The position numbers and the translations under genes were made by a program. Shown here in pieces: positions 50,646 to 58,886 of a stretch of 64,000 bases of DNA. The DNA comes from an uncultured Candidatus Saccharibacteria bacterium (lineage in GTDB: Bacteria > Patescibacteriota > Minisyncoccia > Phycocordibacterales > GWA1-40-21), in the NCBI GenBank assembly GCA_964605355.1, contig CAZSCE010000001.1:103-64102 (forward strand), read 5' to 3'. The notes under the pieces are model-generated. The model saw nothing but the letters and a program-made list of their open reading frames with translations. It was not told where the DNA came from and ran no database searches. Numbering within the stretch: the stretch's first letter is position 1; the number at the start of each line of letters is the position of its first letter.

Positions 50646-52637
50646 TTACTTCAGCAGTCCTGCTCCCTGCAGTTCCGCCGCCATCTTCACCATTACGCCG
50701 ACGCTTCCGCCGTTACGAATGAGGTCCTTCTGGTATACTGAATGATTGAAAGAAACCCCCTTCAAGCCAACACAGTTGCCAGAGCAACTAGTACTCGGGT
50801 CCATCTCCCAACCTATTGTGCCTTTCTCCCAATCAACACTAATCACTTCAGGCTTCTCGGCGAAGATAGAAGCGATTGTCTCTTTTGGAAGCGTAATGCA
50901 CAACAGTCCGTTGGCAAACATGTTGTTCTCAAAGATGCGAGCAAAGCTCGGTGCAATGACGCACCGAATACCCGCACCCTCGAGTGCCCAAGGCGCATGT
51001 TCACGAGATGAACCGCAACCAAAGTTCTCACCCGCTACCAGTATCTGTGACCCAAAGAGCTTGGGCCAGTCCGCCGACGAAATCGGCGCATCCTCGAGAC
51101 AGTGTTGGCCAAAAGCCTTCTTGTCTGTCTCGGTCAAATACTTGGCCGGAATGATCTGATCAGTATCTACGTTGGCCACCGGCAGGTAAAACACCTTACC
51201 GGAAAAATCCTTCGTCTCCCCCACTCCGAAGAGCTCGAGAAGCTGGCCGTAGTCCGGCCGTTGTGAAGGAACTTCTTTCCAACCCGTGATGCTGGTCAAT
51301 TTCGGAACCGACATCAAACTCACTTCGCGCGCGACCAATCGACAAGTATCTTCAGTTGCCTCTGATACCACTCCGTTGATAGCAGTTTTCGCCGCCGTCG
51401 CCGGTGATGCCAGATGCACCATACCATCCTTGCCCATGCGTCCCGGGAAATTGCGATTCGTCGTCGAAACGCAAACTTCTCCTGGAGCAATCACCCCACA
51501 ACTCATTCCCAGGCAGGCACCGCAAGTGGGACCGCTCACGAAACACCCCGCGTTAGCGAAGATTCCAAACAGCCCTTCCTCAAGTGCCATCTCCCAGATA
51601 TGCTGAGTGGCTGGAACTACAATGCAACGAATATTGTCTGCCACCGGGCGCCCCATCAAACGAAAGATTGTTGCGGCAATCCGCAAATCTTCCAACCGTC
51701 CGTTCGTGCAAGAGCCGATGTAGACCTGGTCAACTTTCTTGCCGGCCAAGTCACTCACCTTCTTCACACAACCTGGTGAATACTCGTCAGTGATGACAGG
51801 AACCATGTCCGAGGCATCAATCTCGATCACCTGATCGTAGACCGCATCCGGATCACTATTCCAGTAGTCGCCCATAAGATAATTCCCAACCTCGAGATTC
51901 TCATGAACTAGGCGCCGGTATCCCGACCCAAGATAATCCATGGTGGTTTGATCCACCATCATCATCCCGGACGTTGCACCTGCTTCCACCGCCATGTTGG
52001 TGATGGTCATCCGCGCTTCCATACTCATCTCATCAATGACTGGGCCACCAAATTCCAACACCGCGTTGGTGGCGCCCTTCACACCAATCTTGCTGATCAG
52101 CGTGAGGATGAGATCTTTGGCGTAAACATTCGCTGGCAATGCGCCGGTGAAGTTCACCCGAATGACTTTCTGAGGTGGACAGATCCAGAGACCGGTTATG
52201 ATGCCGTTCTCCACTTCTGTCGTACCGACACCCGCCGTCAAAGCACAAAAAGCGCCGTGCGTGCAGGTGTGGCTGTCACCCATGATTCCGATCTGGCCCG
52301 GTTTGATCCAGCCCTTCTCAGGAATGACGGCGTGACAAACGCCGTTGCGACCGACGTCCAAAAACTCGATCCCGTGTTCCCGGCTCCAGTTGCGGACAAT
52401 CTGACCTTGAAGGGCCGAAGCCGTATCCTTGGCCGGATTGACGTGATCAATCATGGTCTTGACCTTGTTCGGGTCAAAAACCACATCGCACCCGCGAATC
52501 TTGGCGTCCAGGATAGCGTTTGGTGTCGTAATCTCATGACCCCAAACCCAATCCAGCTGAAGAACCATCCGGCCATCCGGCAAGGTCTTCACACAATGTG
52601 TATCCACGATTTTCTGAAACGCTGTCTTTCCGTTCAT
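50646..52637 (-). CDS. fused aconitase-family dehydratase (LeuC-like large plus LeuD-like small subunit)
   Basis: GVCHAVIPEKG, IGSCTNGRLEDL and the C-terminal GENFGCGSSREHAPWAL. 663 aa, matching the sum of the two subunits. High G+C composition. Confidence 0.8.
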   Translation of the reverse strand: MNGKTAFQKIVDTHCVKTLPDGRMVLQLDWVWGHEITTPNAILDAKIRGCDVVFDPNKVKTMIDHVNPAKDTASALQGQIVRNWSREHGIEFLDVGRNGVCHAVIPEKGWIKPGQIGIMGDSHTCTHGAFCALTAGVGTTEVENGIITGLWICPPQKVIRVNFTGALPANVYAKDLILTLISKIGVKGATNAVLEFGGPVIDEMSMEARMTITNMAVEAGATSGMMMVDQTTMDYLGSGYRRLVHENLEVGNYLMGDYWNSDPDAVYDQVIEIDASDMVPVITDEYSPGCVKKVSDLAGKKVDQVYIGSCTNGRLEDLRIAATIFRLMGRPVADNIRCIVVPATQHIWEMALEEGLFGIFANAGCFVSGPTCGACLGMSCGVIAPGEVCVSTTNRNFPGRMGKDGMVHLASPATAAKTAINGVVSEATEDTCRLVAREVSLMSVPKLTSITGWKEVPSQRPDYGQLLELFGVGETKDFSGKVFYLPVANVDTDQIIPAKYLTETDKKAFGQHCLEDAPISSADWPKLFGSQILVAGENFGCGSSREHAPWALEGAGIRCVIAPSFARIFENNMFANGLLCITLPKETIASIFAEKPEVISVDWEKGTIGWEMDPSTSCSGNCVGLKGVSFNHSVYQKDLIRNGGSVGVMVKMAAELQGAGLLK

Positions 52638-52765
52638 CTTTCTACCCTATCCTTTCTTTTCTATTTTGGCCTATAAGGCCGATGTTAACGTACAAAAAAT
52701 CCGGGTAATCCCCAGATAAACAATCTGAATAAACATTAACACAAAATTTTGTAGTTAGTCAACAT

Positions 52766-52794
52766 AAAAGCCCGACTTGTGGTCGGGCTTTTAT
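52766..52794. terminator. intrinsic terminator AAAGCCCGAC-ttgtg-GTCGGGCTTT, the 5' boundary of the high-G+C island
   Basis: Perfect 10-bp stem with A-run and T-run flanks. Confidence 0.7.
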
Positions 52795-52801
52795 TATTAA
52801 A

Positions 52802-52936
52802 TTATTTCTTTCCTTTCTTTGGACCTTTCTTGGTGGCCTTGGCGGCGAGACGAACGAATTTGGCGGCCAAACGCTTCTTGGTTTTACGAGAACGGGAAGT
52901 TTTATTTTTAATATCTTGAGCTGCTCTTTTTGCCAT
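52802..52936 (-). CDS. 44-aa lysine-rich basic peptide (MAKRAAQDIKNKTSRSRKTKKRLAAKFVRLAAKATKKGPKKGKK), hypothetical
   Basis: Below the 60-aa track cutoff. It lies between the RGG/zinc-ribbon gene and the terminator, behind a 7-bp hairpin (GCAGAAG-attac-CTTCTGC). The RBS is weak. Confidence 0.3.
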   Translation of the reverse strand: MAKRAAQDIKNKTSRSRKTKKRLAAKFVRLAAKATKKGPKKGKK

Positions 52937-52998
52937 TTTTTTCTTTTTAAGCAGAAGATTACCTTCTGCGTGTTAATAATGAAACGATTATAGCTTAT

Positions 52999-53544
52999 TT
53001 ATTTCTTTTTGGAAACCTTCTTGGCAACTTTTTTAACTGGAGCGGCTTTGGCTACAGGGGTAGCTTTTACCACTTCCTTAACTTCTACTACTGGCTTATT
53101 TCCGGCGCTCATCTTTTCAATCACGCTGGTTAGTCTGTCAATCTTAACGTTCAAGACTTCTATTTGTTTCTTGATTTCCTCACCGCTGACTTTCTTTACA
53201 TCATTACCAAAATCAGTTCTTGGCGGAGTTTTGTAATCACCAAAAGATTTCTTTTGGAAACCACCACGATCACCCCCTCTATCACCCCCGCCCATTTCCT
53301 TTTTGCCACCAAAACAAGCACTACAGTAAACTGGCTTACCAGCAGTTGGTAAAAAAGGCACCTCACAAGGCTTTTTACATTCATCACAAATCACTTTGTG
53401 CATGGTCACTGGGCCACGGTCAGAACGGAAACCACCACCTCTGTTACCACCACCAAAAGGACCACCGCGGGCCTTGAAACCTCCACCGTGACCACCATGG
53501 CCACCACCAAATCTACTTCCGCCACCTTGTCTAAATTCTCCCAT
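52999..53544 (-). CDS. Gly/Arg-rich (RGG) protein with a CxxC-x17-CxxC zinc ribbon and a Lys/Ala-rich C-terminal tail
   Basis: CDECKKPCEVPFLPTAGKPVYCSAC has exact C-x2-C-x17-C-x2-C spacing. It is flanked by GGGHGGHGGGF/RGG repeats and ends AKAAPVKKVAKKVSKKK. Confidence 0.6.
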   Translation of the reverse strand: MGEFRQGGGSRFGGGHGGHGGGFKARGGPFGGGNRGGGFRSDRGPVTMHKVICDECKKPCEVPFLPTAGKPVYCSACFGGKKEMGGGDRGGDRGGFQKKSFGDYKTPPRTDFGNDVKKVSGEEIKKQIEVLNVKIDRLTSVIEKMSAGNKPVVEVKEVVKATPVAKAAPVKKVAKKVSKKK

Positions 53545-53611
53545 TTTATTTTGACCCTTGCGGGTGATTAGTTAATAATTAAATGAAGGTGTAGTATACA
53601 CTATTTTCAGT

Positions 53612-53650
53612 AAAAACGCAAGGCGTCATCAGTTTCTGATGACGCCTTTG
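53612..53650 (-). terminator. intrinsic terminator GGCGTCATCAG-tttc-CTGATGACGCC plus U-run (minus strand)
   Basis: Near-perfect 11-bp stem with an A5 run on the plus strand. It follows the 53668..53877 ORF. Confidence 0.7.
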
Positions 53651-53667
53651 CTAAATCCTCCCTAACT

Positions 53668-53877
53668 TTACTTATTGTTTTTGCCCTTTCTTTCTGCCAG
53701 ATATATCTCCAGAGCCCGAATCAGCTCCTGGCTATACCGGTAGATTCCAGGATTATACCCAAAAAAGAAATCTCCCTGCAGTTCACGAAGTATGGACACC
53801 AGCTTGGATATCCTCTTCTTTGACATCCTTACCCGGTTTGAATGTACAGGTATTGGTTTTATCAAAAGCTTACCCAC
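53668..53877 (-). CDS. hypothetical small basic protein (69 aa)
   Basis: ORF only. A strong terminator lies behind it. Confidence 0.3.
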   Translation of the reverse strand: MGKLLIKPIPVHSNRVRMSKKRISKLVSILRELQGDFFFGYNPGIYRYSQELIRALEIYLAERKGKNNK

Positions 53878-53967
53878 AGTTATTCCTCCTTCATTACTGA
53901 GTTAATACAAAAAACCAAATCTGTTGCAAGATTAGCAAAAAAACCATAGAAGTCAAACAAAATCTTT

Positions 53968-54843
53968 TTAATTTAATTTAAAATAATCAAAAAGGGCTTT
54001 AATACCCGCTAAATTTTTCTCCCACTCCACGGTCTCATGCGTAGAGAGCTCTACTGTGATGGTGGGAATATTTATAGAGGCCAGCCAATCACCAGCATCA
54101 CCAGTGATAACATAGCTGTTAAACGTCCTGGCCTTGGCATATCCCGCCGCTGTGGAATATATATCCATAATATTATTTGTTTCAGCTAAAACCCCCGCCT
54201 GACATTCCGAAGCATAAATAGTATTTGACATGCTATGCCAAAAAATTACAGCTTTGGGTTTGTTATTTAAAACAAAATCCCGAATGGACCTAGCCTCTGG
54301 CTCGGAAAAAACTGTTTTCCCCGCGCTCACAATATTTGTTTTCCAAGTACTAGTAGCTTGCCATTTACAATCAAAATTTCTATTCAAGTCTACTTTGTTT
54401 CCATTAAACCGACCGGTACCATTTGGCAAATCCGTCTTTACATCCGCCAAAACAAACCGCCCTTCTTTACCGGTCACCTGATATAAACCATCGGGATTAG
54501 CAGAGGGAATAACGGTCACCGCCATATTTTCCGGAATCATTTCTGGATTAGCTTTTAAATAATCCATAAATTTATAAGCGAGCATCACACTGTTCCACTC
54601 ATAACCACCATGAATACCCCCCACAAAAAGTAACGGCTCTTTACCCTGTCCATAAGTATAGGCTTCTATTTTACGCCCCTGGGTAGAAGTGCCAACAATT
54701 TCATATTTTGGCCCCGTCTCCACTACTGGCGCTGTAATAATTATTGGCGCTGACTTATAGAAGAATGAATAATAAATCACTCCACCCAAACCAAATAGAA
54801 TAACTATAAAAATAATTATTTTCTTCAGAGAATATTCCCGCAT
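53968..54843 (-). CDS. M14-family zinc carboxypeptidase (murein-peptide/gamma-D-Glu-DAP peptidase-like), membrane-anchored, paralog 2
   Basis: GGIHGGYEWNS (zinc His/Glu), DLNRNFDC (the substrate-binding NR of the NRNW box), FWHSMSN (third zinc His) and TVELSTHE (catalytic Glu). Confidence 0.7.
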   Translation of the reverse strand: MREYSLKKIIIFIVILFGLGGVIYYSFFYKSAPIIITAPVVETGPKYEIVGTSTQGRKIEAYTYGQGKEPLLFVGGIHGGYEWNSVMLAYKFMDYLKANPEMIPENMAVTVIPSANPDGLYQVTGKEGRFVLADVKTDLPNGTGRFNGNKVDLNRNFDCKWQATSTWKTNIVSAGKTVFSEPEARSIRDFVLNNKPKAVIFWHSMSNTIYASECQAGVLAETNNIMDIYSTAAGYAKARTFNSYVITGDAGDWLASINIPTITVELSTHETVEWEKNLAGIKALFDYFKLN

Positions 54844-55748
54844 TATTTAGTATAATATTTAATGATAGCAGTAATACCGGCCTGATTTTTGCTCCAGTCA
54901 GTATCAGTATGATTTGTCAAAAGAATGCTAATAGCGGGCACATTTATTTTAGCTAACCAATTTGTCAGATCTCCGGTAGTGGCATAATCATTGAAGGCGG
55001 AATATGAAGGATAAGCAGAAGCTTTGGCATAAGCCGTATTCATAGCCTTGGTCTCAGTGGAAATACCATTATTACAACTAGAAGAATATACCCCGCCAGC
55101 CGAGGCATAATAAGCAATAACCGCTTTTGGCTTACTGGTTTCAATATAATTCTTTACAGCTAAACTTTCTGATTCAGAAAAGGCCGCTGTACCGCCACTT
55201 ACAGTTTTGCTCTGCCACATGCCAGTTGATTTCCAATCACAATCAAAGTTTCTGTTTAAATCCACCTCATTAGCATTAAAACGTCCGGCCACAGATAAAG
55301 CTTGTGAAGAGGAAACATCAGAACTTTTAAAGCGCCCTTCAACATCCACCACTTTATTTAAACCATCCGGATTCAAAACTGGAATAATAGTTACTTTTAC
55401 ATTAGTAGGAATAACACTTGGATTAGCTTTTAAATAATCCATGGCACTATAAGCCATCAAAGTTGTGTTCCAAGCATAACCACCATGAATACCAGCCACT
55501 AATAATATTTCATCAGCTCCGGTACCATAGTGATAGGCAGTGATATCCTTACCATCTACTGACTTTCCAACCACGGTTTCTACTTTATTAACCGGCGTAG
55601 TGGTGGCGGTAGTGGTGGCCTGATTTTTCAAAAGCTCGGCTGCTTTTTGCTCATTAGTTAAGGTAACAGTCTTTGAAGAATTAATATAATAATAAATACC
55701 AAGGATAATAAGTAAGGCTACAATAATCCAAACAATTGTTTTCTTCAT
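54843..55748 (-). CDS. M14-family zinc carboxypeptidase, membrane-anchored, paralog 1
   Basis: AGIHGGYAWNT, DLNRNFDC, AYYASAGG and ILLTNHTD are the same motif set as in 53968..54843. A tandem duplicate. Confidence 0.7.
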   Translation of the reverse strand: MKKTIVWIIVALLIILGIYYYINSSKTVTLTNEQKAAELLKNQATTTATTTPVNKVETVVGKSVDGKDITAYHYGTGADEILLVAGIHGGYAWNTTLMAYSAMDYLKANPSVIPTNVKVTIIPVLNPDGLNKVVDVEGRFKSSDVSSSQALSVAGRFNANEVDLNRNFDCDWKSTGMWQSKTVSGGTAAFSESESLAVKNYIETSKPKAVIAYYASAGGVYSSSCNNGISTETKAMNTAYAKASAYPSYSAFNDYATTGDLTNWLAKINVPAISILLTNHTDTDWSKNQAGITAIIKYYTK

Positions 55749-55858
55749 AAAACTTAAGATCAGATGTTATGTATTTAATCTAATCAAAATTACATTAATA
55801 AAATCTGGTATCTATTATACCATAATCTTAAGCCGTAAGAACAGAGTTTATATTTCAC

Positions 55859-56164
55859 CTATTTCTCTCCTTTTAGGATAATCCGCTTGGAAAAACCGCC
55901 TTTTTCATTCCTTTTTCTTATTTTAATATCCTCCACATTTTGATACTCTGTCAATCCTTTTAGCGCTTCCACCACTTCTACCACATCAGCCAGTTCCTCC
56001 GGATCTCCACCGGACTCGGTAAATTCCCCCACCTCCTCTGCTAGTTTTTTTATCAATTCAGCCCTGTATTCCTCCGGGGTAGCAATCCTCTTTTCATACG
56101 GCACACCCTTGGCATCAAGTATTTCCGGTATCCTATCCCGCACTAATTTATTATATGATTCCAT
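55859..56164 (-). CDS. MazG-like nucleoside triphosphate pyrophosphohydrolase (all-alpha NTP-PPase)
   Basis: YNKLVRDRIPEI...ELIKKLAEEVGEF...EELADVVEVVEAL is the MazG/HisE-type EExxE metal-binding helix pattern. 101 aa. Confidence 0.55.
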   Translation of the reverse strand: MESYNKLVRDRIPEILDAKGVPYEKRIATPEEYRAELIKKLAEEVGEFTESGGDPEELADVVEVVEALKGLTEYQNVEDIKIRKRNEKGGFSKRIILKGEK

Positions 56165-56184
56165 ATTTAGATTATAACAGTATT

Positions 56185-56436
56185 CTAAGGCTTTTTAAAT
56201 AGAGCTAATTTTTCAGCTCTTTTCCACCTTTTAATCTCGGCCTCACGCGTTCGGGCCTTAGCAAGGGTTCTAAATTGTTCCTTATATTTTAAAATTACTG
56301 GCCGGCGGATTTTTGTGTAGTGGGCGCCGGCCTTGGCATGATTATGCTGATGTAATCTTTTTTCCAGATCATTGGTACTGCCAACATATAAAGTCTTGTC
56401 AGCACATTCTAGGATGTAGGTGAAATATTTGGACAT
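56185..56436 (-). CDS. GIY-YIG nuclease-superfamily protein (YhbQ/UPF0213-like)
   Basis: [28 protein letters not shown]...AHYTK: the GIY-YIG motifs, the catalytic Arg/Glu region and the YT motif. Confidence 0.75.
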   Translation of the reverse strand: MSKYFTYILECADKTLYVGSTNDLEKRLHQHNHAKAGAHYTKIRRPVILKYKEQFRTLAKARTREAEIKRWKRAEKLALFKKP

Positions 56437-56492
56437 AATTTTCTCGGCCGAAATTTACTAATTTCGGCACGAATTTTACGCTTAAAATTCGG

Positions 56493-56563
56493 CTGGGGGA
56501 TTTGGAATCGAACCAAAATAAACGGATCCAAAATCCGTTGTCCTACCTTTAGACGATCCCCCA
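56493..56563 (-). tRNA. tRNA-Gln (anticodon TTG)
   Basis: Manual cloverleaf on the minus strand: acceptor TGGGGGA/TCCCCCA (U1-A72), U8, D-arm GTCT-AAAGGTA-GGAC, anticodon arm ACGGA-TTTTGGA-TCCGT (U33, anticodon TTG), variable loop TTAT, T-arm TTTGG-TTCGATT-CCAAA and discriminator G. Confidence 0.7.
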
Positions 56564-57244
56564 ATATTTATTTATACCCCTTATCCAACCCGTCACTTGA
56601 CGGTTCAAGGACGAGCTCCTATATACTTTAACTCTTAATTGGCCATTATACAAGTCCCCAATATTTTTTCTTTTGGTATTTATTTTGTTTCTCTTAAAAT
56701 ATACAGTCTTAAAATAACTGATTGGTAAACCAGTCTTCTGTGACCAAAATTTTTGAAAACGTCCAACTTCATCATGAAAAATATCGTGGGTATAAATTTC
56801 ACAACCAATTTCTTCTTTTTTAACACCAACAATCTCAGTTAACCATTTTAAAAATAAAATAATCATTTCTGGATCAGAATTAGAGAAATTTATACCAGAC
56901 CCAGGACGTCCTTCCTTCTCCTTTGACCCCTCCGCCCAATATAAGGCAGTGCCAATAAGCCATAACTCTCTTTTTGATAACTTTCCAATTTCACCCTCGG
57001 CTAAATTAAATATTTTATTTGATCTTTCAATTCTTTGGCGTCTTTTAGCCTGACCACCACGCAGTGAAGCCAGCCTTCTCTTTTCAGTAAAAAATTGTTT
57101 GACTTCCTTGACCATACCAACAGAGCGAAGCCATTCAGAAAGAGTAGATTTTGCCACAGGAACAATCTTCATTATTTCAGAATAAGTTTTCCCTTCTTTT
57201 CTTAGGGCTACCGCTTTATTTCTTAATTCAATTTTCACGAACAT
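56549..57244 (-). CDS. HTH-containing LAGLIDADG-like (single-motif) endonuclease-like protein whose 3' end overlaps tRNA-Gln
   Basis: N-terminal HTH (KAVALRKEGKTYSEIMKIVPVAKSTLSEWL). Then LIGTALYWAEGSKEK (the LAGLIDADG-type L-x-G-x-x-x-x-a-E/D-G-s box) followed by DPEMIILFLKWLTEI. The last 5 codons are encoded by the 5' acceptor half of the tRNA. Confidence 0.4.
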   Translation of the reverse strand: MFVKIELRNKAVALRKEGKTYSEIMKIVPVAKSTLSEWLRSVGMVKEVKQFFTEKRRLASLRGGQAKRRQRIERSNKIFNLAEGEIGKLSKRELWLIGTALYWAEGSKEKEGRPGSGINFSNSDPEMIILFLKWLTEIVGVKKEEIGCEIYTHDIFHDEVGRFQKFWSQKTGLPISYFKTVYFKRNKINTKRKNIGDLYNGQLRVKVYRSSSLNRQVTGWIRGINKYWGIV

Positions 57245-57326
57245 TAATCCTAAGTCCTAGTATACATGATTAGTGTTCTAAAAGCTAGTCTGCTTTCCCC
57301 GCCTTTCTTAGGAGGGGACGTCATTC

Positions 57327-58367
57327 TTATGACAGGGGTGGTTTAATAATCTTCCCCAACACTAACTCCAGAACCATCTCCGGCAGGTAAGCGTGGGAGA
57401 CTAAATCATAGTGGGATAATAGGGTGAGAAGGGTGTCAGAATTAATGGAAGATGGGGTTTGGGCGGAGAGAGATTTCAAGAAATTAAAATCTGTATCCGT
57501 CATTTCTTCCTTTAACTTTTCTTCTGATGATTTTAAAGTGCGGAGCAGTAATACGGCGCGGATTTTATGTAAAACCAGTTTAAAAAATAAAAGCAAATCA
57601 ATATTAGCCTCCGTGGCGGCAGAAACAGCGGAGAGGCCTAATTCTAAATTATTATCGGCAATCGCCCGAATAAAATCATTTACCAACTCCCCTTTTGGCG
57701 CCCCAGTGACCAGCACTACTTCATCTAGAGAAATCTTTTTATCTTTTGATGAACCCATCACTTTTTGTAAAATACTCTGGGCATCACGGAAAGAACCATC
57801 ACCCAGCAAGGCCACCAAATCAGCCGAGGCCGGCTCTAAAATAAAACCTTCTTTTTTAGCAATAGCAGTCACCACATCTTTCAAAACTTTCTGCGTTGGC
57901 TTTTTAAAGGAAAAAGTTTGGCAACGAGAAATAACGGTTTCCGGAATTTTCTCCGCCTCCGTGGTAGCCATAATAAAAATCACATGGGCTGGTGGCTCCT
58001 CCAGGGTTTTTAGCAAAGCGTTCCAGGCGGATTTTGAGAGCATATGGGCTTCATCTAAAATGTATACTTTGTATTTTGATTCAAAGGGAATGGTATTTAC
58101 ACTTTCATTTAAAGCCCGGATCTCATCCACACCATTATTAGAAGCGGCATCTATTTCTGTAATGTCATTGGCACTGGTCCCTATTTCATGAGCAAAGATT
58201 CTGGCTACGGAAGTTTTCCCTGTACCGCGGCTGCCGGAAAAAATATAAGCGTGAGCCAGGCGCTCCAGCTCAATAGAAGATTGTAAAACTTTTACAATAT
58301 GATCCTGACCCAAAACTTCTTTAAAATTTTGTGGACGGTATTTCCGATATAATGCGGTATCTGACAT
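57327..58367 (-). CDS. dnaX: DNA polymerase III gamma/tau subunit (short form)
   Basis: ALYRKYRPQNFKEVLGQDHIV...FSGSRGTGKTSVARIFA, YILDEAHMLS, ISRCQ. The start is set at the internal Met (MSDTALYRKYRP), which lies 6 nt after a TATACT box, so the mRNA is leaderless. Confidence 0.9.
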   Translation of the reverse strand: MSDTALYRKYRPQNFKEVLGQDHIVKVLQSSIELERLAHAYIFSGSRGTGKTSVARIFAHEIGTSANDITEIDAASNNGVDEIRALNESVNTIPFESKYKVYILDEAHMLSKSAWNALLKTLEEPPAHVIFIMATTEAEKIPETVISRCQTFSFKKPTQKVLKDVVTAIAKKEGFILEPASADLVALLGDGSFRDAQSILQKVMGSSKDKKISLDEVVLVTGAPKGELVNDFIRAIADNNLELGLSAVSAATEANIDLLLFFKLVLHKIRAVLLLRTLKSSEEKLKEEMTDTDFNFLKSLSAQTPSSINSDTLLTLLSHYDLVSHAYLPEMVLELVLGKIIKPPLS

Positions 58368-58407
58368 GAATGTAGTATAGCAGAAAAATAAAATAAAAAA
58401 ATACATG

Positions 58408-58446
58408 AAAAAAGGGCCGGCGCAGAAACTGGAAGCGCGCCGGCCC
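58408..58446 (-). terminator. strong intrinsic terminator GGGCCGGCGCGC-loop-GCGCCGGCCC plus a 6-U tail (minus strand), immediately upstream of the dnaX promoter
   Basis: 10-12-bp G+C stem with an A6 run on the plus strand. It ends the roughly 300-nt unassigned transcript region. Confidence 0.75.
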
Positions 58447-58727
58447 TCATACTCACCTACACGGATCCTTGTTGTGACTCACAACATTTTCCTTTCCCTT
58501 TGGGGGTTAAGGACTCTAATCTAGGATTTTGCTCCTCACTAGTGCTCGGGACTAGCTACATAGTGATTTGCGACATCTACGGCGTTTACCCCGCAGACCT
58601 AGATTGGATCACCTCCTTTCTTGTGTTATTGTCCCGCCCGCGAAAATTGTGAACTGTTCTGCTGTACAGTGTATTCCTATTTTTTAAAAATGAAAAGGGT
58701 AAATTAAAATAACCTGTGGATAAAGGT

Positions 58728-58856
58728 AAAAAGAAGCGGGCAGTTCCAGAAGGAACTGCCCGCGATCTAACCAATATGGTTTTCTGATGGACCTTCCATG
58801 GTCAACCCCCTTTCATAGCTGTGTACTGTTACTGCCACTCCTGTGGCGACCTTAGA
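58728..58856 (-). ncRNA. candidate small RNA of about 130 nt: consensus promoter, three hairpins, intrinsic terminator
   Basis: Promoter TTGACA (58885..58890, overlapping the dus stop), a 16-nt spacer, then TATACT (58863..58868). The terminator GCGGGCAGTTCC-agaa-GGAACTGCCCGC plus U-run lies at 58726..58763. Internal hairpins GCCAC-agga-GTGGC and GACC-atggaa-GGTC are present, as is a 10-codon micro-ORF with an AAGGGGG SD. Confidence 0.4.
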
Positions 58857-58886
58857 TATACAAGTATAGCATACCCACTAAAATTG

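Noticed and set aside
49429-52676. Many long ORFs on the plus strand (49429..50103, 49541..49966, 50231..50492, 50742..51159, 51286..51793, 51948..52676 and others) and short minus-strand ORFs (50843..51031, 51352..51546, 52033..52450) that overlap the island genes
   Set aside because: They are antisense or out-of-frame artefacts of the locally high G+C content, which makes stop codons rare. They have no motifs and no RBS, and they fully overlap two well-supported enzyme genes on the minus strand.
58604-58621. Possibility that TTGGATCACCTCCTTTCT marks a 16S rRNA gene or pseudogene
   Set aside because: Only the terminal 16-18 nt match. The preceding sequence does not resemble 16S helix 45/44 (no GGTAACCGTAGGGGAACCTGCGG). 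No other rRNA signatures occur anywhere in the window.
30546-58723. Possibility that the scattered DnaA boxes indicate the replication origin
   Set aside because: The boxes are isolated, one per locus tens of kb apart, and are not clustered with an AT-rich unwinding element. Neither dnaA nor dnaN is in the window.
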